64,000 bases of DNA from Cellvibrio sp. (GCA_035565295.1 DATMSP010000028.1:91386-155385); one strand, 5' to 3'; shown: positions 39,968 to 50,252, counted from the first letter of the stretch. A program made the numbers and translations. Notes: a model not told the origin generated them from the sequence alone.

Positions 39968-40821
39968 GCAAACACATCCCCGAGCTGACACTGCTATCCC
40001 CGGCAAAACTCAATTTATTTTTGCACATCACCGGACGCCGCGCCGATGGCTATCACAATCTGCAAACCCTGTTTCAATTGCTGGACTATGGCGATACCCT
40101 CAGCTTTAGCCTGCGCGAGGACTCACAGATTCGCCTAACGCCGGATCTGCCCGGTGTGGATTTTGAAAGCAACCTGATTATCAAGGCCGCGCGTCAATTG
40201 CAGCCTTACAACCAGCGCAAGCTGGGCATTGACATCCAGCTGGAGAAGCGCCTGCCCATGGGCGGCGGCATAGGCGGTGGCAGCAGCAACGCCGCCACCA
40301 CTTTGGTAGCACTCAATCATTTATGGCAGTGCGGCCTCAATCGCCAGCAGTTGCAGCACCTGGGATTGCAGCTGGGCGCCGATGTGCCCGTGTTTATCAA
40401 TGCCCAGACAGCCTGGGCCGAAGGTGTCGGCGAGCAGCTGCAAGCCATTGAATTGCCTCAACAATGGTTTTTAGTTGCACAACCTGACTGCCATGTGTCC
40501 ACCGCTGAAATTTTTTCACATAAAGATTTGACAAGGGACACGCCGGCCATTAAAGTAGCGGCCTTCCTTGAACGGGGTGGCAAAAATGACTGCCAGGCCT
40601 TAGTGAGAAAGCTGTATTCGCCAGTCGATGAAGCCCTTGCACTGCTTGAAAAGTTATCGCCAACCGCAAGAATGACGGGGACTGGAGCCTGCGTATTCGC
40701 AGTATTCAATACCGCAGATGAAGCACTGAAAGCGCAAGCTGAATTGCCCAGACATCTGCCAAGTTTTGTAGCTAAAGGTGTTGCACACTCATCACTCTAC
40801 AACTTGCTTCCCGGCATTTAG
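39964..40821 (+). CDS. ispE: 4-diphosphocytidyl-2C-methyl-D-erythritol kinase
   Basis: [33 protein letters not shown]. Confidence 0.97.
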   Translation: MSKHIPELTLLSPAKLNLFLHITGRRADGYHNLQTLFQLLDYGDTLSFSLREDSQIRLTPDLPGVDFESNLIIKAARQLQPYNQRKLGIDIQLEKRLPMGGGIGGGSSNAATTLVALNHLWQCGLNRQQLQHLGLQLGADVPVFINAQTAWAEGVGEQLQAIELPQQWFLVAQPDCHVSTAEIFSHKDLTRDTPAIKVAAFLERGGKNDCQALVRKLYSPVDEALALLEKLSPTARMTGTGACVFAVFNTADEALKAQAELPRHLPSFVAKGVAHSSLYNLLPGI

Positions 40822-40860
40822 CATTGCGAAGTTTTACACTTCAGATTGTTCAAGATATCT

Positions 40861-40935
40861 AGGGGCGTCGCCAAGTGGTAAGGCAGCGGGTTTTGATCCC
40901 GCCATCCGTAGGTTCGAGTCCTTCCGCCCCTGCCA
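40861..40935 (+). tRNA. tRNA-Gln(TTG)
   Basis: AGGGGCG/CGCCCCT acceptor stem, GCGGG-TTTTGAT-CCCGC anticodon arm, GGTTCGAGTCC, CCA. Confidence 0.97.
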
Positions 40936-41128
40936 TTTTTTTTGAGTCATTGTTCACCAATCAACACCAGCAGTTTACAATGACTATCAATTCTCCCAAG
41001 CAAATCCATCAGCAACAGAGCAGCGAGCAAAGCGCCCGGGAATATCCTAGGGTAAAACACTTTGTTTCGCGAACATCGGCAACATCGACTCCGGCATTTA
41101 TCCCTGGTAATCATAAAAGGTATACGAC

Positions 41129-42070
41129 GTGACTGATCTAATGGTCTTTACCGGCAACGCTAATCCTGATCTTGCCAAAAAAATTGTGGCGCAGTTGGGC
41201 ATGTCCCTCGGCGAAGTTTCAGTATCACAGTTTTCCGATGGTGAAATTGCAGTTGAACTGCACACCAATGTCCGCGGTCGCGATGTCTTTGTAGTGCAAT
41301 CCACCTGTGCGCCCACCAATGACAACCTGATGGAACTGATTGTGATGGTGGATGCCCTGCGCCGCGCCTCTGCCGGTCGCATCACCGCCGTGGTGCCCTA
41401 CTTCGGCTACGCCCGCCAGGATCGCCGCGTGCGCTCGGCGCGCGTCCCCATCACGGCTAAAGTAGTTGCCGATATGATGGTGGGTGTGGGTGTCGACCGC
41501 GTGCTGACGGTAGACCTGCACGCTGAGCAGATCCAGGGCTTTTTCGATGTGCCGGTGGACAACGTTTACGGCTCACCAGTGCTGCTTGAAGATATAGAAG
41601 CGCAACAGTTTGAAGACCTGATTGTGGTATCACCGGATATTGGCGGCGTGGTTCGCGCCCGCGCGGTGGCAAAAGAATTGGGCGTTGACCTGGCGATTAT
41701 CGATAAGCGTCGCCCGAAAGCCGGCATTGCCGAAGTGATGAATATTATCGGCGATGTCTCCGGCCGCACCTGCCTGTTGGTAGACGATATGGTGGATACT
41801 GCCGGCACCCTCTGCAACGCGGCAAAAGCCTTGAAACTCCAGGGCGCAAAACGCGTGGTGGCCTACTGTACCCACCCGGTTCTGTCGGGCAAGGCGGTAG
41901 AAAATTTAAATAATTCCGAGCTGGATGAGCTGGTAGTCACCGACTCTATCCCGCTCAGCGACTCTGTCAAAGCCTGCACCCGCGTGCGCCAGCTGACACT
42001 GTCGAAAATGCTCGCGGAGGCCATGCGCCGCCTGAGCAATGAAGAATCCCTGAGTGCGATGTTTCGCTAA
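41129..42070 (+). CDS. prs: Ribose-phosphate pyrophosphokinase
   Basis: [36 protein letters not shown]. Confidence 0.98.
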   Translation: MTDLMVFTGNANPDLAKKIVAQLGMSLGEVSVSQFSDGEIAVELHTNVRGRDVFVVQSTCAPTNDNLMELIVMVDALRRASAGRITAVVPYFGYARQDRRVRSARVPITAKVVADMMVGVGVDRVLTVDLHAEQIQGFFDVPVDNVYGSPVLLEDIEAQQFEDLIVVSPDIGGVVRARAVAKELGVDLAIIDKRRPKAGIAEVMNIIGDVSGRTCLLVDDMVDTAGTLCNAAKALKLQGAKRVVAYCTHPVLSGKAVENLNNSELDELVVTDSIPLSDSVKACTRVRQLTLSKMLAEAMRRLSNEESLSAMFR

Positions 42071-42114
42071 ATCGCCTCGGATAAACCACCTCGAATATTC
42101 GGGGTTTTAAAAAC

Positions 42115-42143
42115 CTGCCAGGTTCTGGTCGCGGATCTGGCAG
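42115..42143 (+). promoter_or_regulatory. Hairpin in the rplY leader (possible L25 autoregulatory element)
   Basis: ctgccaggttc-tggtcgc-ggatctggcag stem-loop immediately upstream of the rplY RBS. Confidence 0.5.
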
Positions 42144-42163
42144 CATTAACTGAGGAAGTAACC

Positions 42164-42784
42164 ATGTCTGAAGAAGACTTCAAATTAGATGCAACAGCCC
42201 GTAACGACTTGGGGAAAGGTGCGAGCCGCCGCCTGCGTCGTTTGGCAAACCAAGTTCCAGGTGTTATTTACGGCGGCGGTGTTGCGCCAGCCAGCGTTAG
42301 TGTTTCACACAACGAATTGATCAAGCACCTTGAGCACGAAGCGTTCTACTCACACATCATCAGCTTGAATGTTGACGGCAAGGCCCAGGACGTAATCCTG
42401 AAAGACCTGCAACGTCACCCAGCCAAGCCAATTGTGTTGCACGCTGACTTCTTGCGTATCGACAAATCCACTCGCCTGACCACTCACGTACCTCTGCACT
42501 TCATCAATGAAGCGACTTCAAAAGGCGTGAAGATCCAGGGCGGCAAAGTAATTCACAACCTGACGCAAATCGATATCTCCTGCTTGCCACACAACCTGCC
42601 TGAATTTATCGAAGTTGACCTGGCCAACGCTGAAGTCGGCACCATCATCCATATCTCTGACCTGAAACTGCCAAGCGGTGTTACTTCTGTAGCTCTGGCT
42701 CAAGGCGCAGATCACGATCTGGCTGTGGCCACTGTTGTTAAGCCTAAAGGCGGTGCGGAAGAAGAAGCTACTCCAGCAGCTTAA
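42164..42784 (+). CDS. rplY: 50S ribosomal protein L25 (long CTC form)
   Basis: GKGASRRLRR, PGVIYGG, HADFLR. Confidence 0.97.
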   Translation: MSEEDFKLDATARNDLGKGASRRLRRLANQVPGVIYGGGVAPASVSVSHNELIKHLEHEAFYSHIISLNVDGKAQDVILKDLQRHPAKPIVLHADFLRIDKSTRLTTHVPLHFINEATSKGVKIQGGKVIHNLTQIDISCLPHNLPEFIEVDLANAEVGTIIHISDLKLPSGVTSVALAQGADHDLAVATVVKPKGGAEEEATPAA

Positions 42785-42801
42785 TTCTTCGCTTGCCAAT
42801 A

Positions 42802-42836
42802 AAGGGGCAGAAGATTCGTCTTCTGCCCCTTTTTTA
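42802..42836 (+). terminator. Intrinsic terminator
   Basis: aaggggcagaaga-ttcg-tcttctgccccttttttt. Confidence 0.9.
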
Positions 42837-42871
42837 TATTTATTTATTGGATTAGCCATTCAACATCCGCA

Positions 42872-43777
42872 ATGAAGCAATTACTCAGCAATCGCTCAAC
42901 ACAGTTTTATGGATTTGCCTGCATATTTTTCGGCACAGTATTTTTCGCGGCTAAGGGCATAGTGATCAAACTCGCCTATCAGCACGGCATCACCGCCACT
43001 CCCCTGCTGACCTTGCGCATGCTGTTTGCACTGCCGTTTTATGCAGCCATAGCGCTCTGGATACAAACACAAAACCCCACGCCTCTGCGCAGTGGCGAAC
43101 TCTGGAAAATTATTGGCTTGGGATTGCTGAGTTATTACTTATCCAGCTTATTGGATTTTATGGGGCTGCAATATATTTCCGCCGGTCTCGAGCGCCTGAT
43201 TTTATATTTGTATCCGACACTGGTGTTGCTGATACTCGCATTCTACAAACACACTCCCATAGGATTGCGAACCAAAATAGCCCTGGGTATGGCCTATGTC
43301 GGAATACTGATGGTTTTCCTGCAGGATCTGCACCTCACTCACGACTGGAGTCTGACATTATTGGGCAGCGCACTGGTGGTGCTCAGCACGATTTCCTTTG
43401 CGGTATTTGTAGTCCTGGCGGGTAATACGATTCCCCGCGTAGGCTCGACCCGCTTCACCGCCTACGCCATGCTGTCTGCCTGTGGTGGAGTGATGCTGCA
43501 CAGCCTGTTGCTCAGCGGCAGCGATGGTCTGGTACAGCCCCTGCCGGTGTACAGCCTCGCGCTGATATTGGCAATTTTTTGCACGGTGATTCCCAGCTTC
43601 TTGATGAACAAGGGTATCAGTTTGATTGGCAGCGGTCGCGCCGCTGTCCTGGGTGTGTTTGGGCCAGTGGTCACACTGTTTTTGGGCGCGCTATTTTTGC
43701 ATGAACAGATTACACTTATTCAACTTTTCGGTGCAGCGCTGATTATTTCCGGCGTTGCCTTCGCCAGCAAAAAATAA
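42872..43777 (+). CDS. DMT/EamA-family transporter
   Basis: About 10 hydrophobic segments in two EamA repeats; GLQYISAGLERLILYLYP. Confidence 0.9.
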   Translation: MKQLLSNRSTQFYGFACIFFGTVFFAAKGIVIKLAYQHGITATPLLTLRMLFALPFYAAIALWIQTQNPTPLRSGELWKIIGLGLLSYYLSSLLDFMGLQYISAGLERLILYLYPTLVLLILAFYKHTPIGLRTKIALGMAYVGILMVFLQDLHLTHDWSLTLLGSALVVLSTISFAVFVVLAGNTIPRVGSTRFTAYAMLSACGGVMLHSLLLSGSDGLVQPLPVYSLALILAIFCTVIPSFLMNKGISLIGSGRAAVLGVFGPVVTLFLGALFLHEQITLIQLFGAALIISGVAFASKK

Positions 43778-43807
43778 TTGCAAAAAATATGCAGATGAGC
43801 CATTGAT

Positions 43808-44398
43808 ATGACCCAGAACCTTCAACTGATTGTCGGCCTCGGCAATCCCGGCAGCGACTACGATCGCACCCGCCACAATGCCGGTGCCGATTTTGTCGCT
43901 GAGCTGGCTCGCCAGGCAGGCGCCAGCCTCAGTGCCGATCCCAAATATTTCGGCCTCACTGCGCGCATCCTTTACCAGGGCCAGGACCTGCGCCTGCTGA
44001 TTCCCACCACCTATATGAATCGCAGTGGCCAGGCTGTGGGGGCCATGGCCAATTTTTTTAAGATTGAACCCGCTGCCATTCTGGTTGCGCACGATGAACT
44101 GGATCTTGCTCCGGGCACGGCCCGCTTCAAGCAGGGCGGCGGTCATGGCGGTCACAACGGCCTGCGCGATATTATCAGCGCTCTCGGCAATAACCAGAAC
44201 TTTCCCCGCCTGCGCCTCGGCATTGGCCATCCGGGTGCAGCGCCCCTGGTAGCCAACTATGTACTCAAGCGCGCCCCCACCAGCGAGCAAGAATTGATTG
44301 ATGATGCCATTTACCGCGCTAGCAAGAGTTTGCCCGACGCAGTTAAAGGTGATTGGAATAATGCGATGAAAAGTCTGCACACAGAGCCGAAAAAATAA
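43808..44398 (+). CDS. pth: Peptidyl-tRNA hydrolase
   Basis: [26 protein letters not shown]. Confidence 0.98.
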   Translation: MTQNLQLIVGLGNPGSDYDRTRHNAGADFVAELARQAGASLSADPKYFGLTARILYQGQDLRLLIPTTYMNRSGQAVGAMANFFKIEPAAILVAHDELDLAPGTARFKQGGGHGGHNGLRDIISALGNNQNFPRLRLGIGHPGAAPLVANYVLKRAPTSEQELIDDAIYRASKSLPDAVKGDWNNAMKSLHTEPKK

Positions 44399-44435
44399 TA
44401 TAAGACAGGCTATCAGTGAATGCACGTTGTAGCCC

Positions 44436-44537
44436 GTTTGTCATTGGGGGCTTTTTCGAAAACGCATAAATACTTCCCTGTAGCTCCCTCAAGTCATCCC
44501 TGACTTGAGGGTTTCGAAAAAGCCCCCAATGACAAAC
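44436..44537. repeat. 102-bp palindromic mini-element
   Basis: Perfect 26-bp inverted repeat gtttgtcattgggggctttttcgaaa enclosing the hairpin ccctcaagtca-tccc-tgacttgaggg. Confidence 0.85.
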
Positions 44538-44577
44538 TCATATTGTGCGAAGATCAACTTCGCCAGTGATCTGGGAA

Positions 44578-45138
44578 TTACAATTCATTCTGGATTTTTT
44601 TATAGCCCAGCACCAGGCTAACATTGGTGCGCGCCACGCTTTCAGAAAAGGCTGAGGCCTGGGGGTAGATTGGCGGAAAGCTGCTTAAATCGGTCTTGGG
44701 GCCAATGCGCTCAGTGGAGGGAACATAGAACCCCTCAGGCAGGTCAACGCCATCCACCACCGCGTTATAACGCACCACCACACGATCGTGCAGGTGGCAA
44801 TTGAACAGCACGCTATTGAAACCGATAAACACATCATTGCCCACCTTGCAGGGGCCGTGGACTATAGCCCGGTGCGCAATGGACGTGCGCTCGCCGATGG
44901 TGACAGCGCCACCGGATTTGGAGTGAATCACTACACCATCCTGGATATTGGAGTTTGCCCCTATGACAATCGGTTCCATATCGCCATCATCATCCACTTC
45001 GTCGGCCCGGATCACTGCATAGGGGCCAATAAAGACATTTTCGTGAACCACCACCTTGCCACAGATAATGGCTGTGGGGTCAACGAACGCACTTTCATGC
45101 ACCTGGGGTAAATCGCCGCGCGGGTTCTTGCGAATCAT
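44578..45138 (-). CDS. Gamma-class carbonic anhydrase family protein
   Basis: Hexapeptide repeats, IRADE, NIQDGVVIH, IAH..IVHGP (three Zn-binding His). Confidence 0.9.
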   Translation of the reverse strand: MIRKNPRGDLPQVHESAFVDPTAIICGKVVVHENVFIGPYAVIRADEVDDDGDMEPIVIGANSNIQDGVVIHSKSGGAVTIGERTSIAHRAIVHGPCKVGNDVFIGFNSVLFNCHLHDRVVVRYNAVVDGVDLPEGFYVPSTERIGPKTDLSSFPPIYPQASAFSESVARTNVSLVLGYKKIQNEL

Positions 45139-45232
45139 AGATTACCTCTACTTGTACCAAGGACAGGACAATAGGATCTTGGCACAGCGGCGATCCAGCG
45201 GCAACAAACATTCCTATGCAAAGGCTAGCAAC

Positions 45233-45586
45233 TTAACTATCGCAGATAAACCTCACTGGCTTTTCCCAAATGGCCAGCACTATACAACCCTCCTCACTGA
45301 CAATCTGATGGCTGCTACCGACAGGATTCACCAGAAAACTACCTACTGTGTAGTGCCCGCGCTCATCTCTCTGAGAACCGCGCAGGATCAGCAAAAACTC
45401 TATGCCTGTATGCATATGCCGTGGTATTTCCGCACCTGGGTGATAGCGCAGCAAGGCGCTGGAGCAGCCCTGTGTCGCATCGCCATAGAGCGGGATAATA
45501 TCCACCCCCTCGCGAAAAGGCTGCCAGGCAAAACTGGCATCATCAAAATTCCGGTTTAGCAGATCCTGCCAGACAAGATGCTCCAT
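45233..45586 (-). CDS. ChrR-like cupin protein
   Basis: ALLRYHPGAEIPRHMHTGIE...GSQRDE...NPVGSSH; ATG 45586 follows AGGAG. Confidence 0.85.
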   Translation of the reverse strand: MEHLVWQDLLNRNFDDASFAWQPFREGVDIIPLYGDATQGCSSALLRYHPGAEIPRHMHTGIEFLLILRGSQRDERGHYTVGSFLVNPVGSSHQIVSEEGCIVLAIWEKPVRFICDS

Positions 45587-45594
45587 GCCGACTC

Positions 45595-46278
45595 CTATTT
45601 CGCCAGTGCCGCCAGCAGATCCTGCGAATGGGCGACCGCGCCGAATACGCCCCCCTGCATGCCTATCATCGCCAGGGCCGCCGCGTGATTCGCGGGATCT
45701 GTCGCCGCGCAGCAATCTGCCAGCAGCACACATTCAAAGCCGCGATCATTGGCATCGCGCATGGTGGTATGAACACAGACATCGGTAGTGATGCCGCTGA
45801 GGATAATATTGCGGACACCTTTGGTGTGCAGCACCAGCTCCAGGTCAGTCGCATAGAAAGAACCCTTCCCGGGTTTGTCGATAATGGTTTCACCGGCGAT
45901 GGGTGCGAGTTCAGGGATAATCTCCCAGCCCGGCTCACCGCGCACCAGAATTCTGCCGCAGGGGCCGGGATCACCAATACCCGCGCCGATTTGCCGCGAG
46001 CGCCAGCGCTTGTTGGCGGGCAGATCCGAGAGATCGGGGCGGTGGCCTTCGCGGGTGTGGATAATATGAAACCCAAGTTCGCGCAATCTTTTCAACAGCG
46101 TGGCTATAGGTTCTATAGGTTTGCGGGTGAGTCCAATATCGTACCCCATAGTATCGACATAGCCCCCCACCCCACAAAAATCCGTCTGCATATCAATAAT
46201 CACCAGAGCCGTATTCTCAGGGCGCAAATCGCCATCAAAAGGCCAGGCATAGGGAGTGCTTGGGAGGTAAGTCGCCAC
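45595..46278 (-). CDS. biuH: Biuret amidohydrolase (cysteine hydrolase)
   Basis: [46 protein letters not shown] and MQGGVFG closely follow Rhizobium BiuH as I recall it. Confidence 0.88.
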   Translation of the reverse strand: MATYLPSTPYAWPFDGDLRPENTALVIIDMQTDFCGVGGYVDTMGYDIGLTRKPIEPIATLLKRLRELGFHIIHTREGHRPDLSDLPANKRWRSRQIGAGIGDPGPCGRILVRGEPGWEIIPELAPIAGETIIDKPGKGSFYATDLELVLHTKGVRNIILSGITTDVCVHTTMRDANDRGFECVLLADCCAATDPANHAAALAMIGMQGGVFGAVAHSQDLLAALAK

Positions 46279-46298
46279 TATAAAATCTCCTTAAAAGG

Positions 46299-47873
46299 TT
46301 AAGCTGCCGAACTCGGTTCAATCTCTTCTGTATGCGGTGCCCGCTGGTCAACCACACTCACTTTGGCACAGGCAAACAATAGGCAGGCCACCACTACATA
46401 GGCGAAAGCAACTGCAGGAGTCTCGCCTATACCTATGGCCTCGCCGTGCATAAAGCCAAAGAAAGTCAGCACCGCGCTGGTCAGCGAAAATGCCGCCGCT
46501 TTGACAAAGCTGCGATCAATGATAAATGCAGTGATAGCACCCAGCATCAGCCCGCCCAAAATGGCTCCGCCACCCAGCACCGACAGCCCGTGATAGAGAA
46601 TGCCAGTCTGCCCCAGCTTATCCAGGCCCACGGCAACCGCATTGGTGCCCGCCGCCCCCAGGGCGCTGTCGATTTGCAGTTTTCCCCAGGCGGCAAGATG
46701 CGGCATAAGTGCCACCACAATTGCCGGGGCATGCACCTTGGGTGATTCCTGGAATGCCTGGGAGCCGATCAGCATGCCGATATAGAGCAGGATGGGAGAG
46801 ATAGCGACTACAGGAATCAGCGATGAAAACACCGCGATAATACCCAGCCAACAGAGCACTAACACAGTGACGCCCGTCGCTGCGGAATAGCCAATGCGCC
46901 CACCCATGGATTTCCAGCCGGGATGGCCAATGTAAACCGCATTGATAAAAGGATTGCCCATACAGCAGCCAATCAAGCTGATGACACCATCTGCGGTGAG
47001 CACACGCGTGGTGGGAAAACTATCGCCCGCTACCGATGCACTCTCAACGTTATCCATAGCTTCAACGAGATCGTAAATCCCAAAGGGAATCGCCGTAACC
47101 AAAATAATGCCGATAAATTCAAAGCCAGAAAAAACATGGCCGATAGCAGGTAGAGGAATTGAACAACCAAAACTGGTTACAGACTGGGTGAGTTTATCGA
47201 GGGTCAGGCCACCATAATTCAACCCCATGGCCGTTGAACCCCACGCAATCAAAGTACCCACAGCAATAGCCACAAGCCCCGCAGGAATACCTTTGAAATA
47301 ACGCACACCGCCAAACCAGCTCAACAGAATGATGGCAAAACACACTACACCTATCACCGGTGTCATAAACATTTCCAGCGCTGGGCGCAGAGAGATAAAC
47401 GCAATGGATACACCCGCAAGGGTGCCGAGCAATGCTGCGCGCGGAGTAATCTTACGGATATAGGGAGCGAGATAACCGCCCAGCATCAATACAAAACTTT
47501 GCACAAACACCCACGTCAGCCCCGCCTCCCAACCTTTTACCGGATCGCCCGAGGTAATGCTAATCGGTAGCATAATGACAAAAATAACCACAAACATATG
47601 CGGCACACTGATGCCCGACGGCAGTGCGCAGACATCGGTTCGCCCGGTCTCCTTTGCCAGCTTGTAGGCGAGCCACGCGTAATAAATTGTGCTGATGCAC
47701 AGCATCAAACCCACCGCAGGCAGTATGCGGCCAAACACAATCTCATCCGGCATTTTCAGCACAAAACGCAGTAGACCTGTGAGTACGAGTAAGTTGACCA
47801 GGATGTTGGTGCCGAAGCCAAAGAAAGCATTCCAATCTCCTGGCACCCAGACGGAGGGTTTCATTGTTTGCAT
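46299..47873 (-). CDS. NCS2/xanthine-uracil-type permease, candidate triuret/biuret transporter
   Basis: WVPGDWNAFFG, ALPSG, TPRAALLGTLAG, NVESA..AGD, YIGHPGWK; more than 12 TM segments; ATG 47873 follows GGAGA. Confidence 0.8.
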   Translation of the reverse strand: MQTMKPSVWVPGDWNAFFGFGTNILVNLLVLTGLLRFVLKMPDEIVFGRILPAVGLMLCISTIYYAWLAYKLAKETGRTDVCALPSGISVPHMFVVIFVIMLPISITSGDPVKGWEAGLTWVFVQSFVLMLGGYLAPYIRKITPRAALLGTLAGVSIAFISLRPALEMFMTPVIGVVCFAIILLSWFGGVRYFKGIPAGLVAIAVGTLIAWGSTAMGLNYGGLTLDKLTQSVTSFGCSIPLPAIGHVFSGFEFIGIILVTAIPFGIYDLVEAMDNVESASVAGDSFPTTRVLTADGVISLIGCCMGNPFINAVYIGHPGWKSMGGRIGYSAATGVTVLVLCWLGIIAVFSSLIPVVAISPILLYIGMLIGSQAFQESPKVHAPAIVVALMPHLAAWGKLQIDSALGAAGTNAVAVGLDKLGQTGILYHGLSVLGGGAILGGLMLGAITAFIIDRSFVKAAAFSLTSAVLTFFGFMHGEAIGIGETPAVAFAYVVVACLLFACAKVSVVDQRAPHTEEIEPSSAA

Positions 47874-47992
47874 AGCGGTCTCTCCAAATACTTCAGGGGC
47901 AAGTGGGGTTAAGTTGCATCGCACTGTTCGAGTAAACCTAAGACTTTCTGAAAAAATTTGTGCAATAACACAAACCATTTCTCGAAAAATTT

Positions 47993-48679
47993 CTAGCTTG
48001 TTTCTAACGCATTCTTAATCGCCGCAATCACCGCATCGGAGGTGGCGACCCAGCCAAAAATACCTCCCTGGGCGGTGATCATGCGCAATCCTATTTCGTG
48101 GAACTCGGGAAAATAGGAGCTGCAGGCATCGCTGACAGCCACACAGCGATAGCCGCGATCATTGGCCTCGCGCACAGTGGTATGGACACAGACTTCCGTG
48201 GTCACGCCGCAGACCAGCAGGTTTTCTATCGCCCTGGCCTGCAACTGCTCCTGTAAATCCGTATGATAAAAAGCACCCTTCCCAGGTTTATCAATCACCA
48301 GCTCACCCTCCCTGGGCGCCAACTCAGGAATAATTCCATGGCCCGGTTCGCCACGGACCAGGATGCGCCCCATGGGGCCAGGACTGCCGATACGCAGCGA
48401 GGGTTTGCCGCGCTCCACCTTGGCCGCCGGGGCATCGGATAAATCCGGCAGATGCCCCTCGCGAGTATGGATAATTGTCATCTTCGCGAGCCGCGCTGCG
48501 GCCAGCAGCTTTTTGCAGGGCTCTATGCAAGTGCGCAACAGACTCACATCGTTGCCGAGGCTTGCCCCAAAGCCGCCGGGCTCAAGAAAATCGCGCTGCA
48601 TATCGATAATAACCAGCGCGGCGCAGCTCATATCCAGGGCTATAGCCTCCGGCTTGGCCGCCAGCAATTGCCTGCTCAT
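47993..48679 (-). CDS. trtA: Triuret hydrolase-like cysteine hydrolase
   Basis: [51 protein letters not shown] and AQGGIFGW match TrtA-type rather than BiuH-type signatures; clustered with biuH. Confidence 0.8.
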   Translation of the reverse strand: MSRQLLAAKPEAIALDMSCAALVIIDMQRDFLEPGGFGASLGNDVSLLRTCIEPCKKLLAAARLAKMTIIHTREGHLPDLSDAPAAKVERGKPSLRIGSPGPMGRILVRGEPGHGIIPELAPREGELVIDKPGKGAFYHTDLQEQLQARAIENLLVCGVTTEVCVHTTVREANDRGYRCVAVSDACSSYFPEFHEIGLRMITAQGGIFGWVATSDAVIAAIKNALETS

Positions 48680-48701
48680 AGACATCTCCTCTGCGACTCA
48701 A

Positions 48702-49772
48702 CTAAAAGCGGAAACGCCCACCCAGACCCAGGGTATCGCCCGACTCCTCTGCCAATTCGGGATCATCGCTGGTATAACCCGCGTAGAAGTCGAGCTTTTT
48801 GCTGAGCGGCAGGTTGTACATAAGGGTGTAGATACTGCGATCGTAATCACCTGCCTGGGTGTCAGTTTTGGTAAGGCCATAGCCCAGGTAAATAGCGCCC
48901 TTGCCGACCGCAAGCGACGCACTCAGCACCAGCGTATCCCGATCTATATCGCCCGCAGCCAGATCATCCTCCATCACCTGGTACTGGGCATAAAAGCTGT
49001 GACCTCCCAGGGCATAGCTGACCCCGACTATGGCATCTGTCTGACTGTCATCCGCAGGTAGGCCAAGTGCGCCCGGCTGGGGGCCGGAGATTTTTTGCAG
49101 TGCGGCAGTAAAACCAAAATCGCCCGCCTTATAAAAAGTATTGGCGGCCACTTTATGGGTACTGGTATCCCCCTCTTCTTCACCAAAGGCATAGGCAAGG
49201 CTGCTGGTAAAACCGGCCAGCTCGGGCGTGGAATACACCAGCGAATCGCTCCAGCCGGTGTCGCCATAGAGGCCACCGCCCCCGAAGCTCATCAGCACCA
49301 TGGGCGAGAAGGAAAATGAATCGCCAAAGGGATTGAAGAGAATGGAAGATAGAAAATAGAGGCTGGCATTGCGCCCCACAGTGAACTGGCCAAAATCGCC
49401 CTTGAGCCCAAAGTTGGCGGCGCGGGCAAACATAATATCGTCTTCAAAACGCCCCATTTCACCGGAATCTGGCCGCATAAACATTTCTACAGCGGCTATT
49501 GCCGTCAAGCCACCATCCAGCTCATGGCTGCCGTGAACCCCCAGATAAGACGTGGTCAAGCCATTGGACTGCACACCGACAGTCTCTTCGCTATCCTCAT
49601 CACCTGCAGGCTTGTTGTAACCCAGGTAAGTATCCAGTTCACCAACAAAAGTCAGGCTGGAATCTGCCAGGCAGGCAGCGCTAAGGGTCGACAGAAGAGC
49701 TGCGCTGCAAGCAGCCGCCAACCATTGCCGCTGTCTCAAGTTGCCGGTAGCGGTGTTGTGATCAAATATCAT
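48702..49772 (-). CDS. Gram-negative porin
   Basis: Signal peptide, GLKGDFGQFTVGR, YSTP.LAG, terminal aromatic RFRF; ATG 49772 follows GAGGAG. Confidence 0.88.
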   Translation of the reverse strand: MIFDHNTATGNLRQRQWLAAACSAALLSTLSAACLADSSLTFVGELDTYLGYNKPAGDEDSEETVGVQSNGLTTSYLGVHGSHELDGGLTAIAAVEMFMRPDSGEMGRFEDDIMFARAANFGLKGDFGQFTVGRNASLYFLSSILFNPFGDSFSFSPMVLMSFGGGGLYGDTGWSDSLVYSTPELAGFTSSLAYAFGEEEGDTSTHKVAANTFYKAGDFGFTAALQKISGPQPGALGLPADDSQTDAIVGVSYALGGHSFYAQYQVMEDDLAAGDIDRDTLVLSASLAVGKGAIYLGYGLTKTDTQAGDYDRSIYTLMYNLPLSKKLDFYAGYTSDDPELAEESGDTLGLGGRFRF

Positions 49773-49828
49773 GGATATCTCCTCGCTGGTCAGCTGCGAG
49801 TGAGGCCAAGCAGGCACTCACACTATTT

Positions 49829-49856
49829 AATTCAACGTTGTATACATCGTTGAATT
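49829..49856. promoter_or_regulatory. GntR-type operator palindrome
   Basis: aattcaacg-t-TGTATACA-t-cgttgaatt: 28 bp with one mismatched pair, overlapping the predicted +1. Confidence 0.75.
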
Positions 49857-49857
49857 T

Positions 49858-49873
49858 TGCACAAGCTGTGCCA
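49858..49873 (-). promoter_or_regulatory. Sigma54 -24/-12 promoter of the porin-trtA-biuH operon
   Basis: Reverse strand TGGCACagcttGTGCA with GG-N10-GC spacing. Confidence 0.85.
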
Positions 49874-49902
49874 GAGCTGAGGAAAAGCTCCAAGCTGTTA
49901 TT

Positions 49903-49915
49903 CAAGCAATTGATT
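49903..49915 (-). promoter_or_regulatory. IHF site
   Basis: AATCAAttgcTTG matches WATCAANNNNTTR, about 30 bp upstream of -24. Confidence 0.65.
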
Positions 49916-49992
49916 TATGTGGTCTTTTAGATAAAGTGAGAAGCCATGGCAAAAATAGGCGGACTAAAAGCCAGCCAAGATGGCACCAAGAG

Positions 49993-50028
49993 ACAACTTG
50001 AAGGTGCTACCCTGCACTGCTTAAGGGC
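49993..50028. promoter_or_regulatory. Two degenerate NtrC-like enhancer sites
   Basis: ACAAC-N5-GGTGC (49993) and GCACT-N5-AGGGC (50014), 21 bp apart, versus consensus GCACC-N5-GGTGC. Confidence 0.45.
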
Positions 50029-50252
50029 GAAATTAGCTGAGAGATAAGGCTCTGCCTGCGCGAACAATGGAGCCAAGCTTCCGCGAATCCAAAATCCTCA
50101 CTCAACCTGTCCATAACGCCAGCCGATGATAAGGCGCTGCGTTAAATACTGGCTGAAGCAAAGGAAATAATTTCCCCACGCAAGACAACTCGCCCTGCGG
50201 TAGAAGAAATCTCAGCTTTCAATTTATAGATACAACATAAAGGACATATTTT

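Noticed and set aside
45139-45232. Zur box upstream of the gamma-CA (similar proteins are zinc-regulated in Pseudomonas)
   Set aside because: No TGTTATA-like palindrome is visible
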